Positions 34,444 through 47,200 of a DNA stretch of 64,000 bases are shown here, one piece after another. The translations under genes and the position numbers were made by a program. Where the stretch lies: positions 1 through 64,000 of the forward strand of contig NIVC01001775.1 in NCBI GenBank assembly GCA_002269645.1, read 5' to 3'. Positions within the stretch are counted from its first letter, which is position 1. Every line of letters begins with the position of its first letter. Source of the DNA: Macrostomum lignano. Taxonomy: Eukaryota. Under the pieces are notes generated by a model. That model was given only the letters and a program-made list of their open reading frames with translations, was not told the origin of the DNA and ran no database searches.

Positions 34444-37400
34444 GTTGCCAGAATGGCAGTAACAAATCCAAGCATTGCGCAACAACTGAAGCAAAATATG
34501 AAACCCGAGCTTCTGGTGCCACCTGTGCGTCCTTCTTCCTGCACTGTAGGGTTGTAGCGCTGCGTCAAGGCGATCGACGCCTCCCATACTCTTGTTGTAC
34601 TGCAGTACTGAGTTGGGCTTCAAAACTGTCTCCACTACGCCACCTCGAATTACTCGCCTCACTTCCGTGCTTCCAGCAACGCCGTGGGTGTCCAAAAGGT
34701 AGACAGTTTTGCGACCACTGGCCTTTCTGTCAACGACCTTGACGGCAAGAGCATTGCCTCGGCGCACGTGAGAGTGACTTATGGGTTGCAGTGCCAGCAC
34801 CTTTAGCTCGTTGGGGATGCCTCGGTCGACTCTCACGGTTCCTGTCAGCATGGTATTACGTTCGAGCAGAAACTGAGCTAGGCGAAGCGACGTGAACCAG
34901 CTGTCAATAGATCCGGTAGCCCAAGCCCAGCAAGTCCTTGCTTAGCTCGACAACAATCTTTTCACTGAAAGATAAATTCCCGCAGTTCACTCATTCTCCA
35001 AACCTGTCGTTGTCCTGCTTGACAGCATGCACACGGAAGTTCCACAGAAATCCGGTGGAAGCCTCTGTGAGACAGTAGACCTTTATGCCGAACCTGGCGC
35101 GCTTTTTGGGCATGAACTGTCGGAAAATGAGTCTGCCTTTGTACATGACCAACTCTTCATCTACTGAAACGTCCTGATTCGGGCAGTAGTTGGCTTGGCA
35201 AATACCACGCGCAATGTCTAAAAAAGGCCTGATTTTCTTCAGGGAATCCTGGTGATTATTTACTGCGGTGCAGTCGTAGAATCGGAGGAATGACAAGAGC
35301 TGAATGAACCGATCCCTTCCGAGGCAATGATCTTTTTGAAAATATTTACCACCGTAGAAATCGCAAGTCGACCAATACATGTGCAATTCGGGCTTCTTCA
35401 CTAGACCCATGTACAGGACGATGGCGAGACATTTCCTCACTTCGTTGTCTGTGCATGGTCTCCAAGATGATAGTAAGGGGGAAGAGGTTCATCAGCCTCA
35501 ATTGCAATGTTTTGGAGCTCGAAATCAGCTCGAGCATTGGTCCAAAATCGAATGGCAGACACCAGATCAGAGGTAATAAAGTGCTGGAGGAAGAATTCGA
35601 TCCGAGCCATTGTGTTATCCGGCGCTTGGGCTAATAGATCCGGGTTCAGAACGGGCACTCCGAGGAATTCTGGCGCATCCCGGAGACGCGAGTCTTCACC
35701 CTCCTGAACGAAATTCCATCCATTTTCAATCAAAGCTTCTTCTACCTGAGAGCCTTCCACGTCACTCTGTCCATCTTCTTCATCCACCTCGCCATCAATG
35801 CTTGCGTACTCGCTGGCGCTGTTATCACTGGTCAAAGCCGGTGAGTCGTAAAGAAAGGCAACGGCATTCTCATGAAAGTTGCTAGCCATTTATACTTGTC
35901 TCGAAGGATTTGATTAGAACCGGGATTGAAGGCAGTAATAAGGTAGCCTAGGGACACAAAAATGTATGAGTTATAAAATCGTAAAGTTCTACTCCAGAGA
36001 GTCAATCAGTGGAGCTTGGTTCTTGAAAAAATACTGTAAAAGAAAAGCAAGAGGGGTCGATATTGGCCATAGACAGTCTCCAGGATAGGGCTGCGTAAAT
36101 GACTCGATTGATGGAAAAAGAAGCTGCCAAGTTAGCCAGTCTGTGCTAATAGTTTATGTAATTAGCCGTTTGCTGACACAGTGCTCATTGACAGTGGGGA
36201 ATTGGGGAATTGCTCATTGACAATTTGATAAGCCATGGCACGCCTAGCGTGCCATCCGTTGATTGAGACTGTGTGGCTATAGAAGCCCCGTGGACTAGTG
36301 GTTAAGCGCCAATGCCGAAATGGTTCTGCGAGTTTTCGTTTCACCAAACTATTCCATGCGATGCTTTCGGTTAAACTCACCAGTTGCGGTTCGAGATCTG
36401 CTTGGATTTCAACCAACATTAAAGTATTGGTCGCAACTTAAAGCTATCATAAATCGTTGTAAAAACTCTACAGTGGACGTCGAAAGTGAGGTGAGGGCAT
36501 TATCTAAGAACCTTTCTATTGCCTTTAACCACGATGGAGTTGTACCGGACACATCGGTTACATTCATCCTGAAGCTACTCGAGTTCTCCACAACGCACCC
36601 AAACAATCGACGATACGACATTGCCACTATGCGCCAATCTGCTTTGCTTTACCTGATTAGCAGTTCTGCATACGCGCATGCACAGATAATGCACAGCATA
36701 ATAATAACATTTCAGGCTACATAACGTTTAAGGAGAAAATTGCCGGTGAAGATCCTGCCGAAAGTTTAAACACCCCACTCGGTGAATTCACTGAAATGAT
36801 TTCCCGGGGAAAGTTGAAGCACCCGCCAAAGTGGCTGTTCAATTTTGCTTGCCTCTGTTTTGGATGCTTCATTTCGCTGCGATCACCGTAATGTGCTTTG
36901 CGAGTGCGGAAATTGTTTCCTGCCGTTGGCGAGTTTTACTTCCCTGAAGCAGATGTTCTGGGATGATGCGTGCGCCTCACCAACTGTTTCTTCAAGGGTT
37001 ATGTTCAACGAGGAGCAAAGAGCGCTCCTTCGCCGGATAAAGTGCACGATAGAAAAATACTGAAGCTGAGTGGACAGTGAGCGAACCTGGAGCAAACAAT
37101 TCACTATTTATCATAGTCAGCTCTTGTCCCGTTCTGTGACTGTTATTTTCCTCTCTGTTTGTAGTTCAGATGAAGAAAGAATCGTAAATTTTTCTCGAGT
37201 TTCCTTATACATGTGCTGCATGTACAGCCTTCCCATTGTATATTTTCACGACGTTTACTTTATGTAATAAAACTATTCAACATTTAAGAAAGCCGAACCT
37301 GCACCCGCCTTCTGACTGCCTATCAAAAAGTCAAATATGATACGAGTATACATTGGCAACTGAAAGCATGCGCATGCGGATGGGCCATAGAACAATGCTT

Positions 37401-40400
37401 TTAAACGAGCCTCATACTTTTTTCGCCATGAATTGGCTCGTTTCCGGTTTCCCGTTTCCATCCTGAGTTATCAAGTTGTCCTTGGAGTGAGCTTAATTAA
37501 TAGTTTCATAGCTTTAGAGCTGAGCCATGGCTGCAATTATTAACTCTACCATAGCACCTCCACTAATTGACTTTAACTACTGCTCTATAAGCGGTTGTAC
37601 AACGGACGCGCTGGCAATTGTGTCAACGGAGAGCAAGCTGGAAAGAGAGAGCGAAGAAGTGCTGGCTTTCTCTAGAGAAGCGTATACTTCTAGAAGCGTA
37701 TAGAAGCGTATACTCTAGTTTACTGGCATTAAAAAAATCTTATAAATTCTGCTTCCCAACATCAACTGCAACAATATTCCGTTTGTATTTGATGAAACCA
37801 AAACAGCATTCCGAACAGATTTGGTTGCTTAAAAAACTTGGCGGAGAAAATTTGCTTCTGACTTTCGTTGATGCCGGCTGCTTAGATAGTCTGTAGCCGC
37901 AGCCTCCGCCACCCGATCCGCGGCATCGACAGATCAACTAACTAACGTCTCTTTTGAATTCGATTCTACGTCTGAACAGAACAAATAAATTGTTAGTCTA
38001 AGTTTATCAAAGCGAAAGCTTTGCTAGCTGGAAGCTTAATTTGTTGACAACAACTGGTTACGATGGTTTTCAATTGTGTTCTTAGTCTCTTCATGGCAGC
38101 GTCATTATCGAATGTACACTATCACCGGCTTCAGTCGGTAGCAGTAGATTAAAGTGGCGCTTTGTCCGATACCAGCACAGGGAGCAGACCGCAGGGCAGA
38201 GACGCTACCAAGAGAGCTAGGATAGAATTAGTGTATAATAGAGACCATGCAGGGTTCCTATCCATGATGCTATTTATATTGGTTCTGAACTCTTTGCATG
38301 AAATGCGGTTTAAATTTAAAATGAGAGTGTGTTGGAGTGCAGTTTTTGGAGACTCCTCAAAGTAAGGTAAATTTATTAAATTCAGTGTAAGAGATACTGA
38401 AGTACTTTTTTAAGTGCAGCCAAAAATCAAAATTCACGCAGGCTGAAAATGCTACTTTATAGTTTTTGGCCCAACGTAATATTGAAATAAAAAATTACAA
38501 TCTATTATAATAGTTTAAGTTTGTCACGGTTTTGTAGGTACTTTTTGTTGGGTTGATGAGTTGTATAGCGGTCTATCAGGATTAGATGATCATTAATATC
38601 ATGTCGAATTACAGGGGAGCTGTCGAAGCATTGTCGAAGAACTGCAAAGTATATTCAATATATTTAGCTATTGGCAAATTAGAGCCAGCACAAAGCCAAG
38701 AGCGCGCGACGAGCGACAATTAATTTAATTTTGATTAATTTTGCAGACAAAACAGCTTGAGGGAAATTCAAAACCTTTTTATAGTTACGATGTAGAAGAA
38801 CTCAAACCGTTGCAGTTCAACCATTGTTTGCCTTTATTCCAGTAATATGTTTTATATCATACATTCAGTACATGTGCATTCCATGGTGCAAGTACATAAG
38901 TACATGAGATTTATATGTTAATACATGTAAATTATATTTATTCTTCTTGACGCAATGCTTCTACGGACCTTCTTTAAATCGGAGTTGAACTGCACCAGTT
39001 TTTGGGCTAGTTATGCCTGCTAAAAACTTCAGTGGTATTTTTTGGCAGCTTTTTGCTTTTTGCTTGTACTTTCTGCCTTCAATTGTTCATCTAGCTGAAT
39101 ATACATTCCGGCAGCCATCAAGCATTAACAAAAATGCCATTGCTGTTAGCTTAATTTGCAAAATTTATTATTATGTGCTTTAATTATTACAAAATAACTT
39201 TATTTATAACTGTGAATCTGTATTCTTTATATTTCAGTATTTTCGTGAGAGTCATTAACTAACGCCCAGCGCCCTAATTTGACAACGACAACTTTTCTTG
39301 TGAAAATTATAAAAAAAATAATATGCGTATTGGGTCGTTCTCAAAGCTAGGTCACAACTTTTTGTTATTGCAAAAAAAGTTTATACATCGACCAATAATC
39401 GTACAAAAAAAATTCTTTCGACAATTTCTGTAAGAAGCTGCTACTAAAACCACAAGAAAACTTGAAATTGAGAAGAAATCAAGGCTATTTGTTATTCTTT
39501 GTTGCGGAAAATAAACGACAAAAATATTAAACAGAAAATAAAATGTTCTTCCATTTTTATTTTAAATATGCAGTTAAATTTCTTTTGCAAAAATAAAAGA
39601 ACAAGAAATTGACAAAGGAAATGTTTTTGAGCACAGCATTTTGTTACTCTGCTCTAAATCCCAGACATTTAAAATTATCGTGTGCGAAAAAGTGCGAAAT
39701 TATTATAGCATGCACTCGAAAGAACTTCGATCAGTTTAACTAATCACTGAATTAAGAAGTCTAAATAAGTCTTGAAAGGTTGAATTAAAAATCAAGTTTT
39801 CACTATGTATCTTTTCAAAGGCAAGATGATTCGACAAATAAAGAATGTTCATTTTTACCTTGAATAGAATTGTTCATTTTTACATTAAATATAATAAAAT
39901 CTAACTAATAATAGAAAAAGTCAGGGAACTATCCTTGAAAACCAAAAAGCAAATTGTGGATTTAATATCGACTGCATGTTCCTTAATAAAGGAATTCGGA
40001 TACTAGTATATATTTGATTATTTGTAGCATAATTTCTGAAAACTATAACTTGCTTGATTTTACTTTAAGTACTCATTACATTAATACTTATACCAAAGCT
40101 ACATGTACTTAAAATAAAAAATTATGGTTACTTATTAGACATTTTACTCCAATTAACTTAAAATAATTCAAATTTATTTTTATTAATTCATTTTTTGAAA
40201 CTTTTTGGAAAATAGACAAAATTGAATTATTTAATTACCAAAAACCTACTAGCTTAACTGAAATAGCAATTAGTCTTTAAGAAAAGATTTCACTTGTTAA
40301 TTGAGAAAAATGAGGATGTGCGAGGTGTAAAAATGCGAAAGAGCATGCAGGAAACAGAGACAAACAAAAATGTAGGTAAAAGACACTGCACATGCACATA

Positions 40401-43400
40401 ATATGATAACCAGACATAATGCGCACACTGAAACACCAGTAGCAATGACGCCCAAGCTTTTGATGATCACAAGCGAAAAGGCAAAACCCAGCCATCAATC
40501 AAAGAAGTAGACTTTAGCACGCATCTTGAGTGCATCACGCATTTTTTGCAGAGAAGCTCGAAAATTAACATTTATTCTGTGCACAACCACCAACTGCGAC
40601 AGGGTCTGCCAGGGGATTTGTGGGCACGCGGTCGCGGATACAAATCGGAGGAGTCGCTGACCATTCTGAAATTACAAGCTAGTACATGTAATTTTGTGTA
40701 TTAATATATTTAGCCCGCTTTATTTCTATGCTCTCGTCCGCCTCTCGTTAATGCATCCCCAGACTCATGCAGTAATCAAACTTATGATCGAACTATGCAT
40801 GGCTTCCGTCCCTCGCTTTGAATCTCTCACCTCCCCATAGTTCCATCAACCTTACCGTAGTGGCTTCCTATGCAAAAATCATCCCTCCGCATCTTACACA
40901 GGCTACTTCAGGCTGTAGACTGTACTACACTATTAATTAGTTGCGCTAAGGAATCTACATGTATTTGCTCGCAGCGCAGCGCGCTGCTCAAATAAGTTTA
41001 GATCTATCTAGATATTCTAGTAATTTCAGGTTTGTCCATAGACTAGAGCTCATGAGATGAGAATTCAATAAACTAGTACATTTAATATGAATGAACTGCG
41101 TGTGTGTGTGCTGTGCATACATATGTATAATATACGAGTAGTTTATGGGCCAAATTATTGTGTGGCACAATTCTTGGCATCACTCAGCAGGCACAAGATG
41201 CAGTTAAGCAGCGCACGAAAATTCTACAAAAGAAATTGAGCCTGGTTGAGATGATGCGAGGAGGCAGATCCACACAATCTCAGTGAATACACCAGACTGC
41301 ACCAGATACGAGTCCAGTCGAATGTGCGCACTGGTCTAAGCAGCACACGCATGTCCTCCTGACAATGACGGCACCTAGCTTCGTCCAAGCCTTTGCCAGC
41401 GTCACTGACAGCGTCAATACTACCATGCAGTGCCACCTGCAGCACCGACAACGGCAATTCCTCCAGTTAGCCCACAACAGTGGCTAAACTGAGGGACAGG
41501 GAACCTACCCGCAGAAGACACACACATACACACACAGCACCGGCAGCAGCACTCTGACAGCATAACCTAAAGCTCCATGAGCTCAGTTTTCAAGCATTGA
41601 AGAAGCAGAAGCAGTCATCTTGGATCCAGGGATCAGGAAGAGTGTTGCATGTCCGACATGTGCTGTTTCCGTGGCAAAAGGTGATGGAGCAAATTAATCA
41701 ACACTTACTATCTAGCTCGTATTAAGACTAAAAAACTGAGGCAAGCTGGGATTAAACCAAAGAAAATTTTTTACTATACTTTTTTACCATATACTTTTAC
41801 TATACTTCTATAGTATAGTAGAGAGGTACTCTATTTAAATGCAGTAAGAAGTGAAACAAACTTATATATTTAATTATAAAATTAAATTAATTCAAGGTAA
41901 ATAACTAATTTAACCAATTTATTAGGAGTATTTAATATTACAATAAATTGATTTTTATACCTTACACGAAATAAGCTCTACATTCATTTCTTAGCTTGGG
42001 GCCCATCTGTATAAGGTCAGTTTCTTCAAAATGCTGATTAATTAATTAAGGCCTGTTGTCTTTACTTAAATTTATAAGGGCATCTTAGAAGTTAATATTA
42101 CTATATAATACATGTATAATATTATTACTGTATTATAATAATATAGTTGCAATTTTAATGACTATTGAATAAGTCTAAATGCTTCCCCTATTGACTCTAA
42201 ATACATGGTATCTTTCCCTTCAGAAAAAATTAGCATAGAATGACTTGATGAAAACAAAAAAAAATCATTTCGAGATACACATTTGCTGATCATTCAGGTC
42301 AAATTTCAAGGTCCAGTTTTGCACATGTTTCTCTGTAGCTTGGTTACAAGGATTCTAATAAAAATATAATAAATATGTCCAATGAACTAACTGATACATA
42401 GCCAAATTGAAGTATTTTCAAAAACAAAAAAAATCATTTGCTCAGTTTACTTTACTGGATATCTGTGTAAAATTTCAGCTCAAAAGGTGCTCCATGGAGA
42501 ATGCTAGTGTGGTTACAGGATATTTATTTTGTGCTTCAAAGTAGGAGTTTATTGCGATGCATGGTTGCTTTTAATTATTTTTATCAACAATAGTGCTCTA
42601 TTTCATAACAATTTTTTACAAAAAGATAATAAGACATGTTTTTCTAATTATCTGCATCAAAATGTATCATTTTAAGCGCACATTCTAGACGTCAGCTGAA
42701 AAATACATTTTGTGAGATGAGAAGAGGCTATCCCACCGGAAATGCTAGGCGTACAGTTAAGCGTCTATAAAATAATTTATAGTGCAGTTTATTAAGCTTT
42801 AAAAAAATCTTAAATTAAATTTATATAAGCTTTCATTTTAAATGTAATATAGCAAGGTTTCAACACAACAACAACTTTTTTTAGCTACAGACATCTTGTA
42901 GTATCAAAAATTAACATCGGTGAAATGATTGAATTTGAATTTTTTCATCGCTAATTATCGCTTAATACCGCCAGATGATTAAAAACACTTTTGCATGATA
43001 AAGTTCAACCCAAAAGTTATCTTTATTCACAGATAAAAGTGTCCTATTATTTTAAATATGGCAGTAACAATAGTAAATGTTCGGAAAATTGTTAAAATTT
43101 TTGCTCCTCCTAGAATTTGCGAACGACCCGTTTTTGCACTGCTCTGCGTTGTCACTCTGACCTGCGGCACTACTATATTTTAGGACGAACCCGAATATTT
43201 AATATTTATAAATATCTAGTATTAGTAATAGGTTAATAAATCGTGGTTTTAAAAAATATAATATTTACTTATTTGCTTCATAATTCAAATCGCTAAAGTA
43301 AAGTTTATCTAAAAATCTAACCTGTCCATGACTGTGATCCATCATTACCAATCACTATATATCAGTATCCATGACATCATAGCTCGCGACTAAGAATATT

Positions 43401-44274
43401 GGTTTTTCAAATGGTCTTGACCTTTTTTAACTTGAATTTTATATGACTATAATATATTCAATATTTTTTAGCTCTGTTTGGTTTAGCTAGTTTAGGCCTG
43501 TCATCTAATTATAATAAAAATATTATATATAATATATATAAAATACTATAATACTAATATATAATTACACTATAATAATACTATAATTAATACTATACTA
43601 GGTAATATATCATTTTGCTATACACCATGTAGGCTATGCTATAGCTATACTATATTATATTACTATGCTATGCATTGCCCAAATGGCCAAATTCACACCA
43701 ATGCATGCCAACTTTTTTCATCCAAACTGAATACATGTTAATAAAATCTAGTGTAGATAGTCTTGTAGAATGTGAAATAGATGCATGGCAAAAAATTTTA
43801 GTAATATTTAGCAAACTGCTTAATATTATGTAGCAAAAAACTTAGCTTTCTTAGGCTCTTGTTTAGCTTTGACAAATTGAGTAATATCAGATGTAAAATC
43901 TTTTTTATTAGATATATTAGTCTTAAAACTAGTATTGCCTAATTTGTTGTATTAACTTTTCAAATATCAATCAATATTTATATTTTGATTGATTTGATAT
44001 CTAGAAAGTGTTCTGCAGTTTTTTTCAAATTTAAAATAGGTCCTTCATATATAAATTTAGTGTTTAAGCTTTATATTTGCTTTGCTTAAAATGTGCACTT
44101 TGAAATTTTTTAAAATTGTTTATCTTCTATCAATTTGTCAAAGAATATCTAATTAGTATTCTTGTAGAATGTACTTACCTGCAACCTAGATACAGATATT
44201 TACCAGTAGTTGTCAAGCAATAGCAAGTGAACCAATTGACTAAAAAATAATTGCTAAAAACTACAGTGACTAGC

Positions 44275-47200
44275 ATGTCCAACAGTTATGAACCAATTCG
44301 CCGCATAGGCGAAGGTGCTTATGGCAAAGCCATTCTTGTCCGCAAAAAGTCAAACAACCAGCGCTGCGTGATCAAGGAGGTGATGCTCAGCAGGATGCGC
44401 TCACAAAGGGAACGGGAGTCGGCTAAGCAAGAGGTTGAGTTACTCAAACAGTTTGACCATCCTAGCATTGTGCGCTATTTGGATTCCTTTATCGAGGCTG
44501 GCTCGCTGCACATCGTTATGGAATTCTGCGATGGAGGCGATCTGAGCTCGAAAATTAGCGCCCAGCGATCACCCTTCCCAGAGGAGCAGGTGGTGGAATG
44601 GTTTGCCCAGATGTGCCTGGCCCTGAAGTATGTTCACGATAAGCATGTCATTCACAGGTGAGTTATTTATATCTATGTGTATCTGCTCTGAAATGGATTT
44701 TTCTGCCTTTAGTTTCTCTGCCCCCCACACCCGCCTTCCCGCTCCCCACTCTTCAGTCTTTCCGCTCCCTACTCTTCACAGTCTTCCCGCTCCCTACTCT
44801 CCCCAATCTTCCCGCTCCCTACTCTCCCCAGTCTTCCCGCTCCCTACTCTCCCCAATCTTCCCGCTCCCTACTCTCCCCAGTCTTCCCGCTCCCTACTCT
44901 CCAGTCTTTCCGCTCCCTACTCTCCACAGTCTTTCCGCTCCCTACTCTCTCCCCAGTCTTTCCGCTCCCTACCCTCTCCCCAGTCTTCCCGCTCCCTACT
45001 CTCCCCAATCTTCCCGCTCCCTACTCTCCACAGTCTTTCCGCTCCCTACTCTCCCCAGTCTTCCCGCTCCCTACTCTCCAGTCTTTCCGCTCCCTACTCT
45101 CCACAGTCTTTCCGCTCCCTACTCTCTCCCCAGTCTTCCCGCTGCCTACTCTCCCCAATCTTCCCGCTCCCTACTCTCCCCAGTCTTCCCGCTCCCTACT
45201 CTCCCCAATCTTCCCGCTCCCTACTCTCCCCAGTCTTCCCGCTCCCTACTCTCCAGTCTTTCCGCTCCCTACTCTCCACAGTCTTTCCGCTCCCTACTCT
45301 CTCCCCAGTCTTCCCGCTCCCTACTCTCCCCAATCTTCCCGCTCCCTACTCTCCCCAGTCTTCCCGCTCCCTACTCTCCAGTCTTTCCGCTCCCTACTCT
45401 CCACAGTCTTTCCGCTCCCTACTCTCTCCCCAGTCTTTCCGCTCCCTACCCTCTCCCCAGTCTTCCCGCTCCCTACTCTCCCCAATCTTCCCGCTCCCTA
45501 CTCTCCACAGTCTTTCCGCTCCCTACTCTCCCCAATCTTCCCGCTCCCTACTCTCCCCAGTCTTCCCGCTCCCTACTCTCCAGTCTTTCCGCTCCCTACT
45601 CTCCACAGTCTTTTCGCTCCCTACTCTCTCCCCAGTCTTTCCGCTCCCTACCCTCTCCCCAGTCTTCCCGCTCCCTACTCTCCCCAATCTTCCCGCTCCC
45701 TACTCTCCACAGTCTTTCCGCTCCCTACTCTCTCCCCAGTCTTCTCGCTCCCTACTCTCTCCCCAGTCTTTCCGCTCCCTACCCTCTCCCCAGTCTTCCC
45801 GCTCCCTACTCTCCCCATCTTCCCGCTCCCTACTCTCCCCAATCTTCCCGCTCCCTACTCTCCCCAAACTTCCCGCTCCCTACTCTCCAGTCTTTCCGCT
45901 CCCTACTCTCCACAGTCTTTCCGCTCCCTACTCTCCCCAATCTTCCCGCTTCCTACTCTCCAGTCTTTCCGCTCCCTACTCTCCAGTCTTTCCGCTCCCC
46001 ATTCTCCCCAGTCTTTCCGCTCCCTACTCTCCACAGTCTTTCCGCTCCCTACTCTCCCCAGTCTTCCCGCTCCCTACTCTCCACAGTCTTTCCGCTCCCT
46101 ACTCTCCACAGTCTTCCCGCTCCCTACTCTCCCCAATCTTCCCGCTCCCAACTCTCCCCAGTCTTCCCGCTCCCTACTCTCCCCAATCTTCCCGCTTCCT
46201 ACTCTCCAGTCTTTCCGCTCCCTACTCTCCAGTCTTTCCGCTCCCTACTCTCCACAGTCTTTCCGCTCCCTACCCTCTCCCCAATCTTCCCGCTCCCTAC
46301 TCTCCCCAGTCTTCCCGCTCCCTACTCTCCCCAAACTTCCCGCTCCCTACTCTCCCCAGTCTTCCCGCTCCCTACTCTCCCCAATCTTCCCGCTCCCTAC
46401 TCTCCCCAATCTTCCCGCTCCCTACTCTCCCCAAACTTCCCGCTCCCTACTCTCCACAGTCTTTCCGCTCCCTACTCTCTCCCAGTCTTTCCGCTCCCTA
46501 CCCTCTCCCCAGTCTTCCCGCTCCCTACTCTCCCCAATCTTCCCGCTCCCTACTCTCCCCAAACTTCCCGCTCCCTACTCTCCACAGTCTTTCCGCTCCC
46601 TACTCTCCCCAGTCTTCCTGCTCCCTACTCTCCAGTCTTTCCGCTCCCTACTCTCCACAGTCTTTCCGCTCCCTACTCTCCCCAAACTTCCCGCTCTCTA
46701 CTCTCCACAGTCTTTCCGCTCCATACTCTCCCCAGTCTTCCCGCTCCCTACTCTCCAGTCTTTCCGCTCCCTACTCTCCCCAAACTTCCCGCTCCCTACT
46801 CTCCCCAGTCTTCCCGCTCCCTACTCTCCCCAATCTTCCCGCTCCCTACTCTCCACAGTCTTCCCGCTCCCTACTCTCCCCAATCTTCCCGCTTCCTACT
46901 CTCCAGTCTTTCCGCTCCCTACTCTCCAGTCTTTCCGCTCCCTACTCTCCACAGTCTTCCCGCTCCCTACTCTCCCCAATCTTCCCGCTTCCTACTCTCC
47001 AGTCTTTCCGCTCCCTACTCTCCAGTCTTTCCGCTCCCTACTCTCCACAGTCTTTCCGCTCCCTACCCTCTCCCCAATCTTCCCGCTCCCAACTCTCCCC
47101 AGTCTTCCCGCTCCCTACTCTCCCCAATCTTCCCGCTTCCTACTCTCCAGTCTTTCCGCTCCCTACTCTCCAGTCTTTCCGCTCCCTACTCTCCACAGTC

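Larger units (their letters stand above)
30023..36301 (-). mobile_element. piggyBac (PGBD4-like) DNA transposon, frameshifted, interrupted by a Gypsy element
   Basis: TTAA at 30019-30022 and 36302-36305; ends read CC(n7)CACGG and subterminal ACGGATGGCAYGC repeats. Transposase pieces 35889-35437, 35440-34991 (SVDEEL), DSWFTS near 34900, 34851-34444 (YNKSMGGVDRLD) and 30858-30574 with the C-terminal Cys-rich finger. Confidence 0.92.
29214..37484 (+). mobile_element. P-superfamily (THAP) DNA transposon, internally deleted, interrupted by a piggyBac
   Basis: 8-bp TSD GAGTGAGC at 29206-29213 and 37485-37492. TIRs of about 95 bp starting CAAGGACAACTTGATAACTCAGGA (29214-29307 and 37378-37484). THAP-like exons (IFSFPKD..REAW..LP / VCAKHWP) split by intron 29517-29597. 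RRYDIATM..ALLYLISSSAY near 36610-36680 and ISRGKLKHP near 36800. Confidence 0.9.

Noticed and set aside
40315-40405. CARCKN..KQKC..KRHC resembling a CXXC zinc finger
   Set aside because: Needs a frameshift, contains a stop and has no supporting flanking coding sequence.
37500-44200. Short ORFs and GC-richer patches (40.5-41.7 kb) in the long AT-rich interval
   Set aside because: No domain motifs, consistent splice phases or terminal repeats that I could verify; treated as intergenic DNA with unidentifiable decayed repeats.
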